A stretch of 64,000 nucleotides of DNA from Corythoichthys intestinalis. Its lineage: Eukaryota. Location: the NCBI RefSeq assembly GCF_030265065.1, contig NC_080406.1, forward strand, positions 15,849,094 to 15,913,093, in the 5' to 3' direction. Positions 62,985 to 64,000 of this stretch are shown piece by piece. Position 1 is the first letter of the stretch. Each line of letters begins with the position of its first letter. The position numbers were made by a program, and so were the translations under genes. The notes below the pieces were generated by a model. The model saw only the letters and a list, made by a program, of their open reading frames with translations, did not search any database and was not told the origin of the DNA.

Positions 62985-64000
62985 TGATTACGTTCACATG
63001 GTTCTTTGGCTCACCCCTTAAAGTGCTTACGACAGGAGAAAAAAAGTCTTAGATAGCATTATTATGTGAATTAGAATCATATTTTGAGACAATTCAACTA
63101 TATACAACAATTTAGCATAGCACAGATGACGAGAAATTAGTCTTTTAATCTGCCGGTTAGCCACGCTTACCATTATAGGACTCTAGCGTCCCCAACAGGT
63201 GGATGACGTCAGCGGGAGAATGAGCTCATGGGTTTTACTATTTAGCCCATTGAGGGGGAATTATTCAGAACGAGGAAAACGTGACAAAGAGAGCCGCAAA
63301 ATGTAATTGTTTCAGTCTCTCTAGTCCAATATTTTTACAGGATATTCTTTTTATCTAAATATTTTTCCCCAATAGCTAGATAAATGGGATGGTCATGACA
63401 AATAACAGTCTTGTGCCAAATGGAATAAGAAATAATAAAAATGCATTTATTCAGGACGACATGGCAAAATTACTCCATAATGGTCAAAACTGCCGACCTT
63501 TACTGTCGCACCTCCCGAACGACATTTTATGCCATCTAAGTCGGGCTTATGTCATTTCCCTTCCCCGGCTTCGGAGAATGTAAACCACGGGTGTCAAACC
63601 GATTCCAGAAAGGGCCAAGTGGGTGCAGGTTTGCTTTCCAACCAATGAAGAGGACACCTTTTCACCACTCAGATCTTTTACATGTGTAATCAGTTAAACT
63701 TTGTCAGGTGCTGCTTGTTTCAGTAGGAAGTTCATTGGTTAAACTCTCTGCATGGTATCGGTTGGAACAAAATCCAGCACCCACTTGGCCCTTTCTGGAA
63801 TCGGTTTGACACCTGTGATGTAAACAAACCAAGAGGCGACACAGCTAGCTGACATGCTAACCGAGTGATGTTTCAAAGTCTTTGAAGCGGAAAATCACAC
63901 ATAACAAGCCCGGATCATTTCACATGACGACTGGGTTGTCGATTGTCTTCACCGATTGGCAACCTGCCCGGCGGCGAACAAGTTAGAGCTCATCGTTCCT
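62985..64000 (+). repeat. Repeat family R, copy 3 (runs off the window end), interrupted by a hAT MITE
   Basis: Aligns with 58700-59870 on both sides of the 63586-63817 insertion (...ccggcttcggagaatgtaaac|MITE|atgtaaacaaacca...). Confidence 0.65.
63586..63817. mobile_element. 232-bp hAT MITE, copy 2, with a perfect 8-bp TSD, nested in an R-family repeat
   Basis: Termini CACGGGTGTCAAACC...GGTTTGACACCTGTG. ATGTAAAC occurs at 63578-63585 and at 63818-63825. The corresponding R copy 1 has a single atgtaaac at ~59604 with no insert. Confidence 0.85.

Overview
This window is not prokaryotic. It is vertebrate nuclear DNA, most likely from a teleost fish: it has GT-AG introns, repeat-rich intergenic and intronic sequence, and fish-type Tc1 and L2/RTE elements. 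The organism call is inference.

The one host gene I can support is the 5' two-thirds of parp4 on the + strand. parp4 encodes vault poly(ADP-ribose) polymerase; the assignment rests on the domain order BRCT, PARP catalytic, VIT, vWA. I placed 20 coding exons by hand, from about 27.7 kb to the window end at 62.9 kb, and the gene continues beyond the window. The start codon lies in an exon I could not locate.

Nearly everything else is transposable elements. Upstream of parp4 (1-27 kb) is a dense pile-up of mostly decayed copies: a frameshifted RTE-like LINE (endonuclease plus reverse transcriptase) with a 5' tandem array and a (GATG)n tail; two tandem L2-like LINE fragments on the minus strand; a Penelope-like 3' fragment carrying a GIY-YIG endonuclease ORF inside 190-bp inverted repeats; several Tc1/mariner families; hAT elements and hAT MITEs with clean 8-bp target-site duplications; and nested insertions (a hAT MITE inside a Tc1 that is then truncated by a Charlie-like hAT 5' end). 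The parp4 introns hold further Tc1 copies (one with a nested L2 fragment, one with a duplicated ITR and a tRNA-SINE head insertion), a 232-bp hAT MITE family, and two unclassified repeat families (here called R and S). There are also unusual 20-24 nt poly-G runs.

I could support no rRNA or tRNA gene, no CRISPR array and no prokaryote-style defence system. The provided ORF track uses bacterial alternative start codons, so many of its leading M residues are not real ATGs. All coordinates come from manual counting and may be off by a few nt.
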